The position numbers were made by a program, and so were the translations under genes. Source: a virus (taxonomy: Duplodnaviria; Caudoviricetes). Taken from it: a stretch of 32,793 nucleotides of DNA. The notes below the pieces were generated by a model that made no database searches, had not been told where the DNA came from, and saw only the letters and a list, made by a program, of their open reading frames with translations. This document shows positions 8,797 through 16,325 of this stretch, piece by piece (the stretch's first letter is position 1; every line of letters starts with the position of its first letter). The DNA lies in the IMG/VR virus record IMGVR_UViG_3300048599_000293, positions 1 to 32,793 of that record. One strand, 5' to 3'.

Positions 8797-9658
8797 AGCC
8801 ACGCGCGCCAATCTGGAACGCAAGGCCGCCTATGCCGATCCGCTGCACCTGCACGATGGGGTGCCGGTCTTCTCCTGGGTCGACCTGAACGTCACCGAAC
8901 TGTGCAACCGTTCAGCGGGATCGCCGAAGGCATGCCGGTTTTGTCCGCGGATCGATCCGGCCTTCTATCCGAACCAGCGTCTGCACATGCCGATCGGGAT
9001 GGCGCGCAAGATCGGCGACGAATTGCGAGCCCTGCCCTATCACGGGGCGATCGCGTTATGCGGCTTCGGAGAGCCGCTGTTGCATCCGGAGATATTGGCG
9101 ATCGTCGGCGCCCTTGCAGGATTGCGGGTCGAGATCATCACCAACGGCGACCGGCTGACGCCAGCAATGATCGCCGAGCTGTACGAGGCCGGCGCCAACT
9201 ATCTCGTCGTGTCGCTCTATGACGGACCCGAACAGGTCGAGCGTATGCACCAGATGTTCGAGGCCGCCGGCCGCGATCAGCACGACTATGTTCTGCGCGA
9301 TCGCTGGTACGACGACGGTGCGGATTTTGGGCTAAAGCTCACGAACCGCGCCGGCACCATCCATGTCGGGAGTCAGGCACCCGTGCCGACCGGCCGCCCT
9401 TGTCACTATCCGGCCTATCAGCTGACGGTCGACTGGAACGGCGACGTGCTGCTCTGCGTCCAGGACTGGAACAAGCGCCTGCGCTTCGGCAACGTCCAGT
9501 CGCAGAGCCTCTGGTCGATTTGGACCTCGCCGGCCCTCAGCAAGCGCCGCACCCAGCTGTTGCGCGGGGACCGATCCGGAGCGCCATGCTCTGCCTGCAA
9601 TGCGGATGGGTGCCTGCACGGCACCCTTCACGCTGAGGCCTGGCGCGGCGCCCGGTAG
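8786..9658 (+). CDS. Radical SAM protein with SPASM/Twitch domain
   Basis: CX9CX2C (CNRSAGSPKACRFC), GFGEPLL, ITNG; C-terminal PCHYP...VDWNGDVLLC...FGNV...PCSAC. Confidence 0.88.
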   Translation: MLTEATRANLERKAAYADPLHLHDGVPVFSWVDLNVTELCNRSAGSPKACRFCPRIDPAFYPNQRLHMPIGMARKIGDELRALPYHGAIALCGFGEPLLHPEILAIVGALAGLRVEIITNGDRLTPAMIAELYEAGANYLVVSLYDGPEQVERMHQMFEAAGRDQHDYVLRDRWYDDGADFGLKLTNRAGTIHVGSQAPVPTGRPCHYPAYQLTVDWNGDVLLCVQDWNKRLRFGNVQSQSLWSIWTSPALSKRRTQLLRGDRSGAPCSACNADGCLHGTLHAEAWRGAR

Positions 9659-9666
9659 CGTCGCCC

Positions 9667-10302
9667 ATGTCGAGCTGCGCGATCATCGGTCACGGGCGAT
9701 CGCCCGAAGGTAAGGCGTGGGCCTCCCTCATCGACGCCTGCGACACCGTCATCCGCATGTGGGACTGCCAATGGCAGGACCCGGCGGTCCTCGGCAATCG
9801 GTACGATATCGGGCTCTACGAACTGCATCCGACGATGATGGCGACGTTCCATGAAAACGTGCGCCGCAACCCCCGACGCGGCTGGGTGGCGTCCCTGCTT
9901 AAGCCGGTGGCGCGCAGCCAGATTTTGCCGCGGACGCAGATCGTCGACCAGCAGCGATGGAACGAGATCGGCATCGCGATGGGTGGTCTCGGTATGACCG
10001 GCCGGCTTCAGTTCACGCGCGGCACCATCGCCGCCTGCTGGGCGATCGAGGATGCCGAGCCCGGCGACCGCGTGATCCTGGTCGGCTTCGACAACATTCG
10101 GCGCGGGGTCACGCTGCCGCTCGATCAGGCCTTCTGCCCTGCCTATCGAGGCAACCCGGGCAGCTATTCGTTCGAGGGCTACCGCGCGCAGCGGACCAAG
10201 GACGGCAACCACGATTTCGCGATCGAGCTTCCGGTTATGCGCCGGCTCGCGGCCGATCATGGCGTGTCGGTCGTGTTCGCCGAGGATGTCTGGCCGTGCT
10301 GA
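9667..10302 (+). CDS. Glycosyltransferase family 29 (sialyltransferase)-like protein
   Basis: CAIIGHG...IDACDTVIRM resembles sialylmotif L; FTRGTIA...VILVGFD resembles motif S; HDFAIE matches motif VS (HxxxxE). Confidence 0.72.
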   Translation: MSSCAIIGHGRSPEGKAWASLIDACDTVIRMWDCQWQDPAVLGNRYDIGLYELHPTMMATFHENVRRNPRRGWVASLLKPVARSQILPRTQIVDQQRWNEIGIAMGGLGMTGRLQFTRGTIAACWAIEDAEPGDRVILVGFDNIRRGVTLPLDQAFCPAYRGNPGSYSFEGYRAQRTKDGNHDFAIELPVMRRLAADHGVSVVFAEDVWPC

Positions 10303-10832
10303 CCGCGCTGGTCCTGGGCGACGCAACCTGTGTTCACGAGGACGCGGCACGCGCGCTCGCGATGTTCACGCCCGACGCGATCGCGGCAACGAACAATATC
10401 GGGATCTCGTGGCCCTCGCGCATCGACTATTGGTGCACGCTGCACCCGCGCCCATGCCCGGACTGGCCCGGGATCGTCGTGGCTATGGAGCGTCGTCGCG
10501 CCGCAGGCCTCAACCGGCCACAGACCTGGGCGCACGCGCCGAGCGAAGGCATCGACCGCACGACGACCGACTGGCACGCATCGAGCGGCGGGCTGTGCGT
10601 CAAGGTGCTGCGCGAGGAAGGCTTCGAGCGGATCGTCCTCGCCGGCGTCCCCATGAATGCCGAGGGCGGCCACTTCTACGACGCGCGGCCCTGGCTTCAG
10701 GCCCATCGGTATCAGGCAGGCTGGACCAACAAGATCAAGATCATCAGGCCATTCGTTCGATCGATGAGCGGATGGACGAAGGAATTGTTGGGCGAACCTT
10801 CGCCCGACTGGATCGCCGGCATCGCCGGATGA
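10296..10832 (+). CDS. Second GT29/GT42/MAF-fold-like transferase (putative)
   Basis: GTG 10296 overlapping the upstream gene; ALVLG...AATN...WCTLH and SSG...GFERIVLAGVPM...HFY pattern resembles this Rossmann-like transferase fold. Confidence 0.55.
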   Translation: MLTALVLGDATCVHEDAARALAMFTPDAIAATNNIGISWPSRIDYWCTLHPRPCPDWPGIVVAMERRRAAGLNRPQTWAHAPSEGIDRTTTDWHASSGGLCVKVLREEGFERIVLAGVPMNAEGGHFYDARPWLQAHRYQAGWTNKIKIIRPFVRSMSGWTKELLGEPSPDWIAGIAG

Positions 10833-10840
10833 TCGAACCG

Positions 10841-10918
10841 CGGCCCTGAGGCGCGAAGGCGCCGACTGAGGCCGATCACCGCGGCGAATGCCGCAACCGA
10901 ACCGGGGCGAACGCCTCG
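10841..10918 (+). promoter_or_regulatory. Three GC-GAAN-GC hairpins in the scaffold gene leader
   Basis: ggcgc-gaag-gcgcc (10850-10863), gcggc-gaat-gccgc (10881-10894), cggggc-gaac-gcctcg (10903-10918, adjacent to the RBS). Confidence 0.7.
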
Positions 10919-10934
10919 AAGGGAAAGAGCGACA

Positions 10935-11729
10935 ATGAAACTGAAGCTTGACGCAAACGGCAACGCGGTCCTGCAAGACGGCAAGCCGGTCTATGTCCGC
11001 GAGGACGGCACGGAGGTCGCATTCGACGCCCCGGCCACGATCAACACCATCACCCGTCTGACCGACGAATCCAAAGGGTACAAGATCCGCGCCCAGACCG
11101 CCGAGGAAAAGCTGAAGGTGTTCGAGGGCATCGAAGACCCGGCGGCCGCCAAGAAGGCCCTGGAGACCGTTGCCAATCTCGACGCCGGCCAGCTCGTGAC
11201 CGCCGGTAAGGTCGAGGAGATCAAGACCGCGGCCAAGAAGGCCGCCGACGATCAGGTCGCGGCCGCAACCAAGGCCCTCAACGACCAGCTCGTGGCCCAG
11301 AAGGCAGATCTTGCCAAGGCCCACGGCACCATCGATGAGCTGCTGATCGGTGGTGCGTTCAGCGGATCGAAGACGATTCAGGAAAAATTCGTAGTTCCGT
11401 CCGATATGATCCGCAACACATTCGGAAAGAACTTCAAGGTCGAAGAGGGTAAGGTCGTCGCCTACGACGCCTCCGGCAACAAGCTCTACTCGCGCGCGAA
11501 GCCGGGCGAGCTTGCTGATTTCGAGGAAGGGCTCGAGCTGCTGGTCGCGGCCTATCCCCACAAAGACCAAATCCTCAAGGGGAACTCGAACGCCGGCAAT
11601 GGCGCGCATAACGAGGGCGGCGCCGACAAGGGTGGCGACAAGGGTGGCAAGTCCGGCGATCTGACGGGCACCCGCGCGGAACGCACCGCCACGATCGGCA
11701 CCATGTTCAAAGACCTGCCGCTCTCTTAG
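10935..11729 (+). CDS. Capsid scaffolding protein (DUF6651-like)
   Basis: MKLKLDANGNAVLQDGKPVYV start, coiled-coil middle, FKVEEGKVVAYD...YSR..PGELADFEE; directly upstream of the major capsid gene. Confidence 0.85.
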   Translation: MKLKLDANGNAVLQDGKPVYVREDGTEVAFDAPATINTITRLTDESKGYKIRAQTAEEKLKVFEGIEDPAAAKKALETVANLDAGQLVTAGKVEEIKTAAKKAADDQVAAATKALNDQLVAQKADLAKAHGTIDELLIGGAFSGSKTIQEKFVVPSDMIRNTFGKNFKVEEGKVVAYDASGNKLYSRAKPGELADFEEGLELLVAAYPHKDQILKGNSNAGNGAHNEGGADKGGDKGGKSGDLTGTRAERTATIGTMFKDLPLS

Positions 11730-11744
11730 ATCGCGGGTCGTACT

Positions 11745-11906
11745 GCCTCTCGAATGAGGCGCGTCACGGCGAGGGCGAAGGCTTCTCGACGCATTCGGGG
11801 CGAAGGCCTCACCACCACGATCACGTCCGTTGCGGGGCGAACGCACCGCACCTGAACTGCCCAGAGGCGAATGCCTCGAATGCGTCGGCGAATGCCGCAC
11901 GCCGAC
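11745..11906 (+). ncRNA. Putative structured cis-regulatory RNA between the scaffold and major capsid genes
   Basis: Six C-GAAN-G hairpins plus an alternative 15-bp helix (11787-11801 with 11873-11887) in a 216-nt intergenic gap. Confidence 0.6.
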
Positions 11907-11945
11907 AACGCGTCAACCCATCATCATTCGAAAGGACCACGAGAC

Positions 11946-12926
11946 ATGCTGTCTCATATGCAGGTTTTCAACAAATACATCATGCCGGCGACGATCGAGA
12001 CGCTGGCGCAGATGGTCAAGAAGTTCAACGCGGCTTCCGGCGGCGCGATCCGCCTGACCACCGAGGGCTTCACCGGTGACTTCCTCCAGGAGTCGTTCTT
12101 CGCCTCGATCCAATCGGCGCGACGCCGTGTCGATCGCTATGCGTCCAACACCGATGCTCCCGTCACCGACCTGTCCGAGCTGAAGCACTCGACGGTCAAG
12201 GTGGCTGGCGGCTTCGGTCCGATCCGGTTCGAGCCGGGCCAACTCACCTGGCTGGAGCGCCCCACCCAGCAGGGCGTCGAGGTCGCGTCCCGCAACTTCG
12301 CCGAGGCGTTGATGCAGGACCAGCTCAATACCGCCATCATGGTGCTGGTCGCCGCAATCGAGGCCAACTCCGCGCTGGTCAATGACGTGTCGACCGGATC
12401 GCCTGCGCTGCCGGTCAGCTACTCGGCGATGAACGGCGCACACGCCAAGTTCGGCGATCACTCCGGGTCGATCGTCGCGGACGTGATGACCGGCGCCGTT
12501 GCGCATCGCCTCATCGGTCAGAACATCGCCAATCTCGAAGGCCTGTTCGACGCCAAGTCCGTCCGCATCATCGAACTGCTGGGCAAGGTGGCGATCATCA
12601 CCGATGCCCCGGCCCTCTTCGAGGCGGTGTCGGGCGACGACGACCTCGAAAAGGTGCTGAGCCTGGTCGACGGTGCCGCGATCATCCACGACGCCGGCGA
12701 CGTGATCTCGAACGTCGAGACCTCGAACGGCAAGCAGCGCATCGAGACCACGGTGCAGGTGGATTACACCTTCGGCGTCGGCGTGAAGGGCTACACCTGG
12801 AACGAGACCGCCGGCGGCAAGTCGCCGACCGACGAAGACCTCGCCACCGGCTCGAATTGGGTGAAGGTCGCGTCGAGCAACAAGCACACCGCAGGCGTGC
12901 TGACGGTCGGCTCGGCCGACGTCTAG
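11946..12926 (+). CDS. Major capsid protein
   Basis: ATG 11946 preceded by AAAGGA; FNAASGGAIRL N-terminal motif, GVKGYTW...GGKSPT...NW...KHTAGV C-terminus; followed by a terminator. Confidence 0.9.
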   Translation: MLSHMQVFNKYIMPATIETLAQMVKKFNAASGGAIRLTTEGFTGDFLQESFFASIQSARRRVDRYASNTDAPVTDLSELKHSTVKVAGGFGPIRFEPGQLTWLERPTQQGVEVASRNFAEALMQDQLNTAIMVLVAAIEANSALVNDVSTGSPALPVSYSAMNGAHAKFGDHSGSIVADVMTGAVAHRLIGQNIANLEGLFDAKSVRIIELLGKVAIITDAPALFEAVSGDDDLEKVLSLVDGAAIIHDAGDVISNVETSNGKQRIETTVQVDYTFGVGVKGYTWNETAGGKSPTDEDLATGSNWVKVASSNKHTAGVLTVGSADV

Positions 12927-12948
12927 TCGTTGCCGACAATGGACTGAG

Positions 12949-12979
12949 CGGCCGGGTGAGAGCCCGGCCGTCTTTCTTT
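12949..12979 (+). terminator. Rho-independent terminator after the major capsid gene
   Basis: cggccgggt-gaga-gcccggccg stem-loop followed by tctttcttt. Confidence 0.8.
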
Positions 12980-13003
12980 GCGCAATCCAGCGAGTGAGGC
13001 ACC

Positions 13004-13480
13004 ATGAAGGAAATTGTCTATTCCGGGCAGAAGTCCGGCTTCGTCGCGGGTGTGCGGTACGTAAACCCGCGCCTGTTCAATCGTCCGCGCGAGAGCGTCA
13101 CCAGCGTCATCATCATCGGAGGCTGGGAACAGGTCGCGACCGCCTATCGGATGCGCGGCGCGAAGGTTCGCCGGTTCGCAACCCCGGAGGAATTCGAGGC
13201 TTGGCACCGCAATCGGCCGGAGTCGTCGACCGATGGCGAAGGCGGTGACGGCGGCGATCCGGGCGCTGCCAAGGACAACGATCCGAGCACGATCGATCTG
13301 CCGGCCGAGGCCATCGTCGCGGAAATGACGTGGCCCGAAGTCCGGGCGCTGGCGAAGGCTATCACCGGCCATTCACCCAAGAACCGCGAGAGCTGTTTGA
13401 CGGTCATCGCCGACGAGCGGGCCCGCCGGCAGGCCGCAACTGAGGCCGCCGCGGCCGAAGCCGCCAAGACCTCCGAGTAA
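13004..13480 (+). CDS. Hypothetical head-associated protein
   Basis: GAGG RBS; position after the capsid gene; short helical C-terminal module (MTWPEVRALAKAI). Confidence 0.65.
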   Translation: MKEIVYSGQKSGFVAGVRYVNPRLFNRPRESVTSVIIIGGWEQVATAYRMRGAKVRRFATPEEFEAWHRNRPESSTDGEGGDGGDPGAAKDNDPSTIDLPAEAIVAEMTWPEVRALAKAITGHSPKNRESCLTVIADERARRQAATEAAAAEAAKTSE

Positions 13481-13495
13481 TCGAAGGGCTGATCG

Positions 13496-13909
13496 ATGCT
13501 GAACTACACGACGGAATATCTGACGGTCTCGGCCGCTGATTCGTACCACAGCGCGCGCGCAAATGGCGGGTGGTCGGGGACGAACGAGGCCAAGGCCGCG
13601 GCTATCCGTCGTGCCACCGATTATATCGCGGGTCGCTACAACGCCCGCTGGAATGTCGCGTTCGACGAAAGCGACATTCCCGATGAGGTCGAGTACGCGA
13701 TCGCGGAGGCCGCCTTGCGCGAGCTGATGGTCCCGCGATCACTCACGCCGGACCTCAAACGCGGCGGCGCCATCAAGAGCGTGCAGGCCGGCTCTGTCGC
13801 CGTCACCTATATGGACGGCGCCACCAACGAGACGGTATTCACCGCGATCGACAATCTGCTCTCGTCGCTCGTGCTTGGATCTGGCGTGGTCAAGCTCGTG
13901 AGGGCGTGA
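13496..13909 (+). CDS. Head-tail adaptor (DnaT-like family)
   Basis: YLTVSAADSYH...AIRRATDYI...IPDEV..A.AEAAL...AGSVAVTY pattern and gene position. Confidence 0.75.
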   Translation: MLNYTTEYLTVSAADSYHSARANGGWSGTNEAKAAAIRRATDYIAGRYNARWNVAFDESDIPDEVEYAIAEAALRELMVPRSLTPDLKRGGAIKSVQAGSVAVTYMDGATNETVFTAIDNLLSSLVLGSGVVKLVRA

Positions 13910-14271
13910 TGTCGTCGATCCTTGACGATCTCCCCGGCATCATCGGCGACGCGCTGGGAGACATCTTCCTCGACGCGGTGCTGACCCGCGACGTCCCCCA
14001 GGTTGAGAGCCCGCCGGCTCAGCCGTGGAAGCGACAGGAGACAGAGCCGCAGACCTTCGCCTGCAAGGCCATCCCCGAGCAATATGCCGAGCGATACCGG
14101 GTCGACGGCACGATCAAGGCCGGCGAGCGTCGGGTGATGATCCTCGCCAACAGCCTCGCCACGACGCCTGTCGTCGGCGACCGGATCACGGTCCGCAACG
14201 AGACATTCAAGGTCTCGGAGATCGCCACCGATCCGGCCCAGGCGGTCTGGGTGCTGCGCGCGAGCAAGTAA
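13909..14271 (+). CDS. Head closure / head-tail joining protein
   Basis: VDGTIKAGERRV...PVVGDRI...DPAQAVW pattern; coupled to both neighbours. Confidence 0.7.
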   Translation: MSSILDDLPGIIGDALGDIFLDAVLTRDVPQVESPPAQPWKRQETEPQTFACKAIPEQYAERYRVDGTIKAGERRVMILANSLATTPVVGDRITVRNETFKVSEIATDPAQAVWVLRASK

Positions 14272-14672
14272 TGGCCTCGTTCTCGCTCGATGTCGCGCGC
14301 TTCGTCAGCGAGTTCAAAGAGAGCGCGACGCTGATCGTGCGCAAGGTCGCGATCGACGCCTTCTCGCGGGTCATCCTGAAGACCCCGGTCGACACCGGCC
14401 GCGCGCGCGCGAACTGGCAATGCGCGATCGGCGAGGTGCCCCAATCGTCGTTGCTGCTGAACGACAAAGAGGGCACGGCAACAGTCGACCGCGTGACGGC
14501 AGAGGCCATGAAGCTGAAGGTCGGCGACACGATCTATCTCATCAACAACGTGGTCTACATTCTGGCGCTCGAGCACGGCCACTCCAAACAGGCGCCCGCC
14601 GGCATGGTCGAGATCACCGTGCGCGAGTTTCAGACCATACTGGATCAGGCAGCGCCGGGGATGACCGCATGA
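14271..14672 (+). CDS. HK97 gp10-like neck / tail completion protein
   Basis: TPVDTGRARANW and LEHGHSKQAPAGMV motifs; ATG overlaps the upstream TAA. Confidence 0.85.
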   Translation: MASFSLDVARFVSEFKESATLIVRKVAIDAFSRVILKTPVDTGRARANWQCAIGEVPQSSLLLNDKEGTATVDRVTAEAMKLKVGDTIYLINNVVYILALEHGHSKQAPAGMVEITVREFQTILDQAAPGMTA

Positions 14673-15118
14673 GCGATCAGGCCATCACCGACCTCTTGTT
14701 CGCGCACTTCGCCGGGCTCACGTTCTCGCCAGCAATCCCGATAGCGTGGCCCAACAAGCCGTTCTCGGAAAAGCCGTCGCCGGCACCCGGGGCCATGTGG
14801 ATGCGCGTCACCATCCTGCCGGCAGAGGGCCGCGTGGTGAGCTTGCAGAGAACCGCCACCAATATCGGGACGCTGCAGATCGACGTGTTCGCCTATGTCG
14901 ACGACGGCGAAGACGACGCGATCGCGGTCATTGACCAGATCAAGCAGCGCTTCGCGATGGGTACGCCGATCGAGGGTGGCGGCGTCAAGGTACGGATCGT
15001 CTCGCCGCCCTTCCGCGGTCCGAATGTGTCGTCGGTCGGCGGCCGCCAACTCGGCGACCCGTCGTGGAGCATGATGCCGGTCCGCATCCGTTACACCGTC
15101 TATGAGCGTGCGAACTAA
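14669..15118 (+). CDS. Tail terminator protein (DUF4128-like)
   Basis: IAWPN, GTLQIDVF and PVRIRY motifs; precedes the tail tube gene. Confidence 0.75.
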   Translation: MSDQAITDLLFAHFAGLTFSPAIPIAWPNKPFSEKPSPAPGAMWMRVTILPAEGRVVSLQRTATNIGTLQIDVFAYVDDGEDDAIAVIDQIKQRFAMGTPIEGGGVKVRIVSPPFRGPNVSSVGGRQLGDPSWSMMPVRIRYTVYERAN

Positions 15119-15148
15119 ACCGCCTCTATCAACAAGGAGCACCACCAC

Positions 15149-15655
15149 ATGCCCAATCCAAATCTGATCGACTCGCTCGGGACGCTACTCTACATCGGCC
15201 CCAGCGACACCAGCGACGTCCCGCCGGCCGAGTCTCCGGACCCGTGGACACTGATCGGCGAACTTGCATCGATCGGAGCCATCGCGTTCGACGCAAACCA
15301 GGACCGCAACACGTCGCTCACGCGCGTGAAGGACTATGTCGCCAAGGGCGTCGAACCGATGCCGTCGGTCGCGATCACCTACAACAAGATCAGCGGCGGT
15401 GACGAAGGTCAGGACGCCCTGCACGAGGCGCAGCGCGATCGCACTCAGAACCAGTGGTACTGGTTCAAGATGGTCGCGCCCGACACGCCCGATGGTTCGC
15501 CGGCCGGCACGCCGACGACCGTGACCTTCAAGGCGAAGGTGTTCGGCTATACGCCGGTTGCGCAGGTCGGCACCTCTGGTGTCTGGACCGGCGGCTCCAC
15601 CATCGTCATCGATCCCGACACGTTCGATTACGAGGAAGCCGAAGCCGGCGCCTAG
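15149..15655 (+). CDS. Tail tube (major tail) protein
   Basis: AAGGAG RBS; GTLLYIG...WTLIGEL, DEGQDAL and FKAKV pattern; position before the chaperone. Confidence 0.75.
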   Translation: MPNPNLIDSLGTLLYIGPSDTSDVPPAESPDPWTLIGELASIGAIAFDANQDRNTSLTRVKDYVAKGVEPMPSVAITYNKISGGDEGQDALHEAQRDRTQNQWYWFKMVAPDTPDGSPAGTPTTVTFKAKVFGYTPVAQVGTSGVWTGGSTIVIDPDTFDYEEAEAGA

Positions 15656-15684
15656 TTTTCTTCTCAATGGAGTGAGTGCGACCC

Positions 15685-16017
15685 ATGTCGACTGTGACTG
15701 AAGTGAAGACCAAACTTGTCGGGAAGGACGCGGTGTTGCGCCCTTCCCTGCGCGCGGCCAAGAAGCTCGATGCCTTCTTCGGCGGAATCGGAAACGGCTT
15801 CCAGCCGCTGCGGCAGTTCAATTTGGCCGCCTACACGGCGGTGATCGCCGCCGGTCTCGGTAAGACCGACGAAGAGGTAGAGGAAGCGGTCTACGAAACC
15901 GGCCTCGCCAATCTCGCCGGCGACGCCTCGTTGTTCCTGTCGTTGCTGACGTTGGGCGGCTCGATGCCCGAAAAAGACGACAAAAAGAACGAGGGCGAGA
16001 ACAAGTCGGGGGAGTAG
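15685..16017 (+). CDS. Tail assembly chaperone (gpG-like)
   Basis: Between tail tube and tape measure genes; ends GGGGGAG-TAG. Confidence 0.75.
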   Translation: MSTVTEVKTKLVGKDAVLRPSLRAAKKLDAFFGGIGNGFQPLRQFNLAAYTAVIAAGLGKTDEEVEEAVYETGLANLAGDASLFLSLLTLGGSMPEKDDKKNEGENKSGE

Positions 16018-16325
16018 TCCTGCTCACTCCGTCGCAAACCTTCGACCGGCTTTTCGAAGACGCGATGGGGGTGCTGGGCTGGAGCGAGGACCAGGCGCTG
16101 GACGCGCTGATGTCTTCGATCCGGGCGGCGCTGAAGGGCCGCAACAGGCTGATCTCGAATGTCCTTCTATCGATATTCGGCGCACCCGCTCAGCCGGGCG
16201 CGAAGTCCACCACCACCACGCCTCCGAACGCCGTGCCGGCGACGCCTCGGAACGTGCACAACTTCTTCAAACTGATCGGCGGCAAGAAAGGAGCCAGAAA
16301 GAATGGACGCAAGTCTCGTTCTTAA
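16008..16325 (+). CDS. Tail assembly chaperone extension (gpT-like), probably reached by -1 frameshift
   Basis: The -1 frame is open across the gpG stop and reads GGVVLLTPSQTFDRLFEDAMGVLGWSEDQ... Confidence 0.7.
   Translation, partial: GGVVLLTPSQTFDRLFEDAMGVLGWSEDQALDALMSSIRAALKGRNRLISNVLLSIFGAPAQPGAKSTTTTPPNAVPATPRNVHNFFKLIGGKKGARKNGRKSRS

Noticed and set aside
10841-10874. Kink-turn in the first scaffold leader hairpin (ctga...gactga internal loop)
   Set aside because: It would need a 4-nt bulge and an imperfect non-canonical stem; too weak to call.
10257-11900. 547-aa ORF on the - strand (similarly 3694-5043, 6998-8062, 11913-12887, 26993-27850)
   Set aside because: Antisense shadows of well-supported + strand genes; expected in high-GC DNA and lacking recognisable motifs.
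11745-11906. Hairpin array as a CRISPR array, tRNA or terminator
   Set aside because: No identical repeats with regular spacers, no cas genes, no cloverleaf and no U-tract after the stems.
11871-11945. Longer N-terminus for the major capsid protein from ATG 11871
   Set aside because: That ATG is inside a GAAT hairpin; ATG 11946 has an AAAGGA RBS and matches the expected family start.
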